A stretch of 45,740 nucleotides of DNA from assembly GCA_964609585.1 (NCBI GenBank), contig CAZSRA010000007.1:1-45740 (forward strand), written 5' to 3'. The stretch comes from an uncultured Candidatus Saccharimonadales bacterium (GTDB lineage Bacteria > Patescibacteriota > Saccharimonadia > UBA4664). This document shows positions 45,000-45,740 of this stretch, piece after piece. The translations under genes and the position numbers were made by a program. Below the pieces are notes generated by a model, which made no database searches, was not told the DNA's origin, and worked only from the letters and a program-made list of their open reading frames with translations. Each line of letters begins with the position of its first letter. Position 1 is the first letter of the stretch.

Positions 45000-45605
45000 A
45001 TGAGTAAAGTTACGTGCGGAATCGCGATGTCATTGGATGGATTTGTCGCGGGCCCAAACCAGAGTCTGAAAAACCCGATGGGCGATATTCCCGAGAACCT
45101 GTTGCACCATTGGATGTTTGACGAAGACGACGACAACAAGCAGAGGGCCGAGATGCTCGATTATTTGGTCGATGCCAGCGCATTCATCATGGGCAGCAAC
45201 ATGTTTATGCCGAAAGACAAGCGCGACGACCCAGAATGGAAGGGCTGGTGGGGCGATAATCCTCCATACCATGCTCCGGTCTTTGTGCTGTGCAAGGAGC
45301 CGCGAGAATCGATCACCATGGAGGGTGGTACAACATTCCACTTTGTGACTGACGGAATTGAGGCGGCTTTCAAGCAAGCTAGGGCGACGGCAGGAGAAGG
45401 AAAAATAAGCATTGCCGGAGGTGCCGACACGGTTAACCAGTATCTTGCCGCCGGCCTTATTGACGAGCTCTGGTTGCACATTGCGCCCGTTACGATTGGC
45501 AGCGGTGCTCGCTTGTTTGAGGGTGTGCCAAATCTCAAACTTGAACCGCTGAAGGCCAGTGGCACGCGGCTTGCGACTCACATTCGATACAAGGTCTTGA
45601 AGTAA
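45000..45605 (+). CDS. Dihydrofolate reductase / RibD C-terminal domain family protein
   Basis: AMSLDGFVAGPN, IAGGADTVNQYLAAGLIDELWLHIAPVTIGSGARLF. Confidence 0.9.
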   Translation: MSKVTCGIAMSLDGFVAGPNQSLKNPMGDIPENLLHHWMFDEDDDNKQRAEMLDYLVDASAFIMGSNMFMPKDKRDDPEWKGWWGDNPPYHAPVFVLCKEPRESITMEGGTTFHFVTDGIEAAFKQARATAGEGKISIAGGADTVNQYLAAGLIDELWLHIAPVTIGSGARLFEGVPNLKLEPLKASGTRLATHIRYKVLK

Positions 45606-45710
45606 GTAGCGCCGGCGAACTTGAGAGCGGAATAATGGCATCTAGTGCACTCTTGACATATCTCCCAGATTAGAGGAGACTAAATACCAAGAGGATGCTT
45701 AAATCGGACA

Positions 45711-45735
45711 ACTAGGGCCTTTCGCCCCTAGTTTT
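45711..45735 (+). terminator. Hairpin with T-tail at the window end
   Basis: ACTAGGG...CCCTAGT followed by TTT; TTGACA at 45653-45658. Confidence 0.5.
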
Positions 45736-45740
45736 ATGTG

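Noticed and set aside
1-45740. CRISPR array, IS/transposase, integron attC array, DGR, group I/II intron, rRNA
   Set aside because: No regularly spaced repeats, transposase, reverse transcriptase or integrase ORFs, or rRNA-like sequence seen.
1-45740. Stop-codon reassignment (code 25 as in Gracilibacteria)
   Set aside because: TGA ends conserved genes at the expected positions (rnhB, tyrS), including ATGA/GTGA overlaps.

Overview
Bacterial chromosomal window, most likely from a Patescibacteria/CPR organism of the Saccharibacteria type. This is inferred from gene content and style; no marker tree was run. Genetic code 11 fits (TGA stops, ATGA overlaps). The left half is mostly housekeeping: dnaE 3' part, rplS, rnhB, yraN, pepN, nusA, clpC-radA-PIN/TRAM, class A PBP, tyrS, recG, rsmD, tRNA-Leu(TAG). 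An accessory region runs from the tRNA (~23.55 kb) to tig (~40.7 kb). The right end carries tig-clpP-MFS and arsR-SRPBCC-DHFR-like. Main finding: a methionine locus (DUF2000 -> BHMT-like homocysteine methyltransferase -> cystathionine beta-lyase, minus strand) is preceded by two unannotated Met-rich leader peptides (MMMAMM and MMPMPM). Each overlaps an antiterminator arm that competes with an intrinsic terminator, the layout of ribosome-mediated attenuation, here apparently sensing methionine. Second finding: three TGTGA-N6-TCAC(A/T) boxes surround a CRP-type regulator, and one sits at class II activator spacing for both a heliorhodopsin gene and the divergent dsbB-like gene. Also seen: CIRCE elements at clpC and clpP, at least 11 apparently leaderless genes, GC-rich genes resembling actinobacterial families (possibly host-derived), a decayed mazE, and a ~43-bp direct repeat. 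All gene calls come from motif recognition by eye, without database searches.
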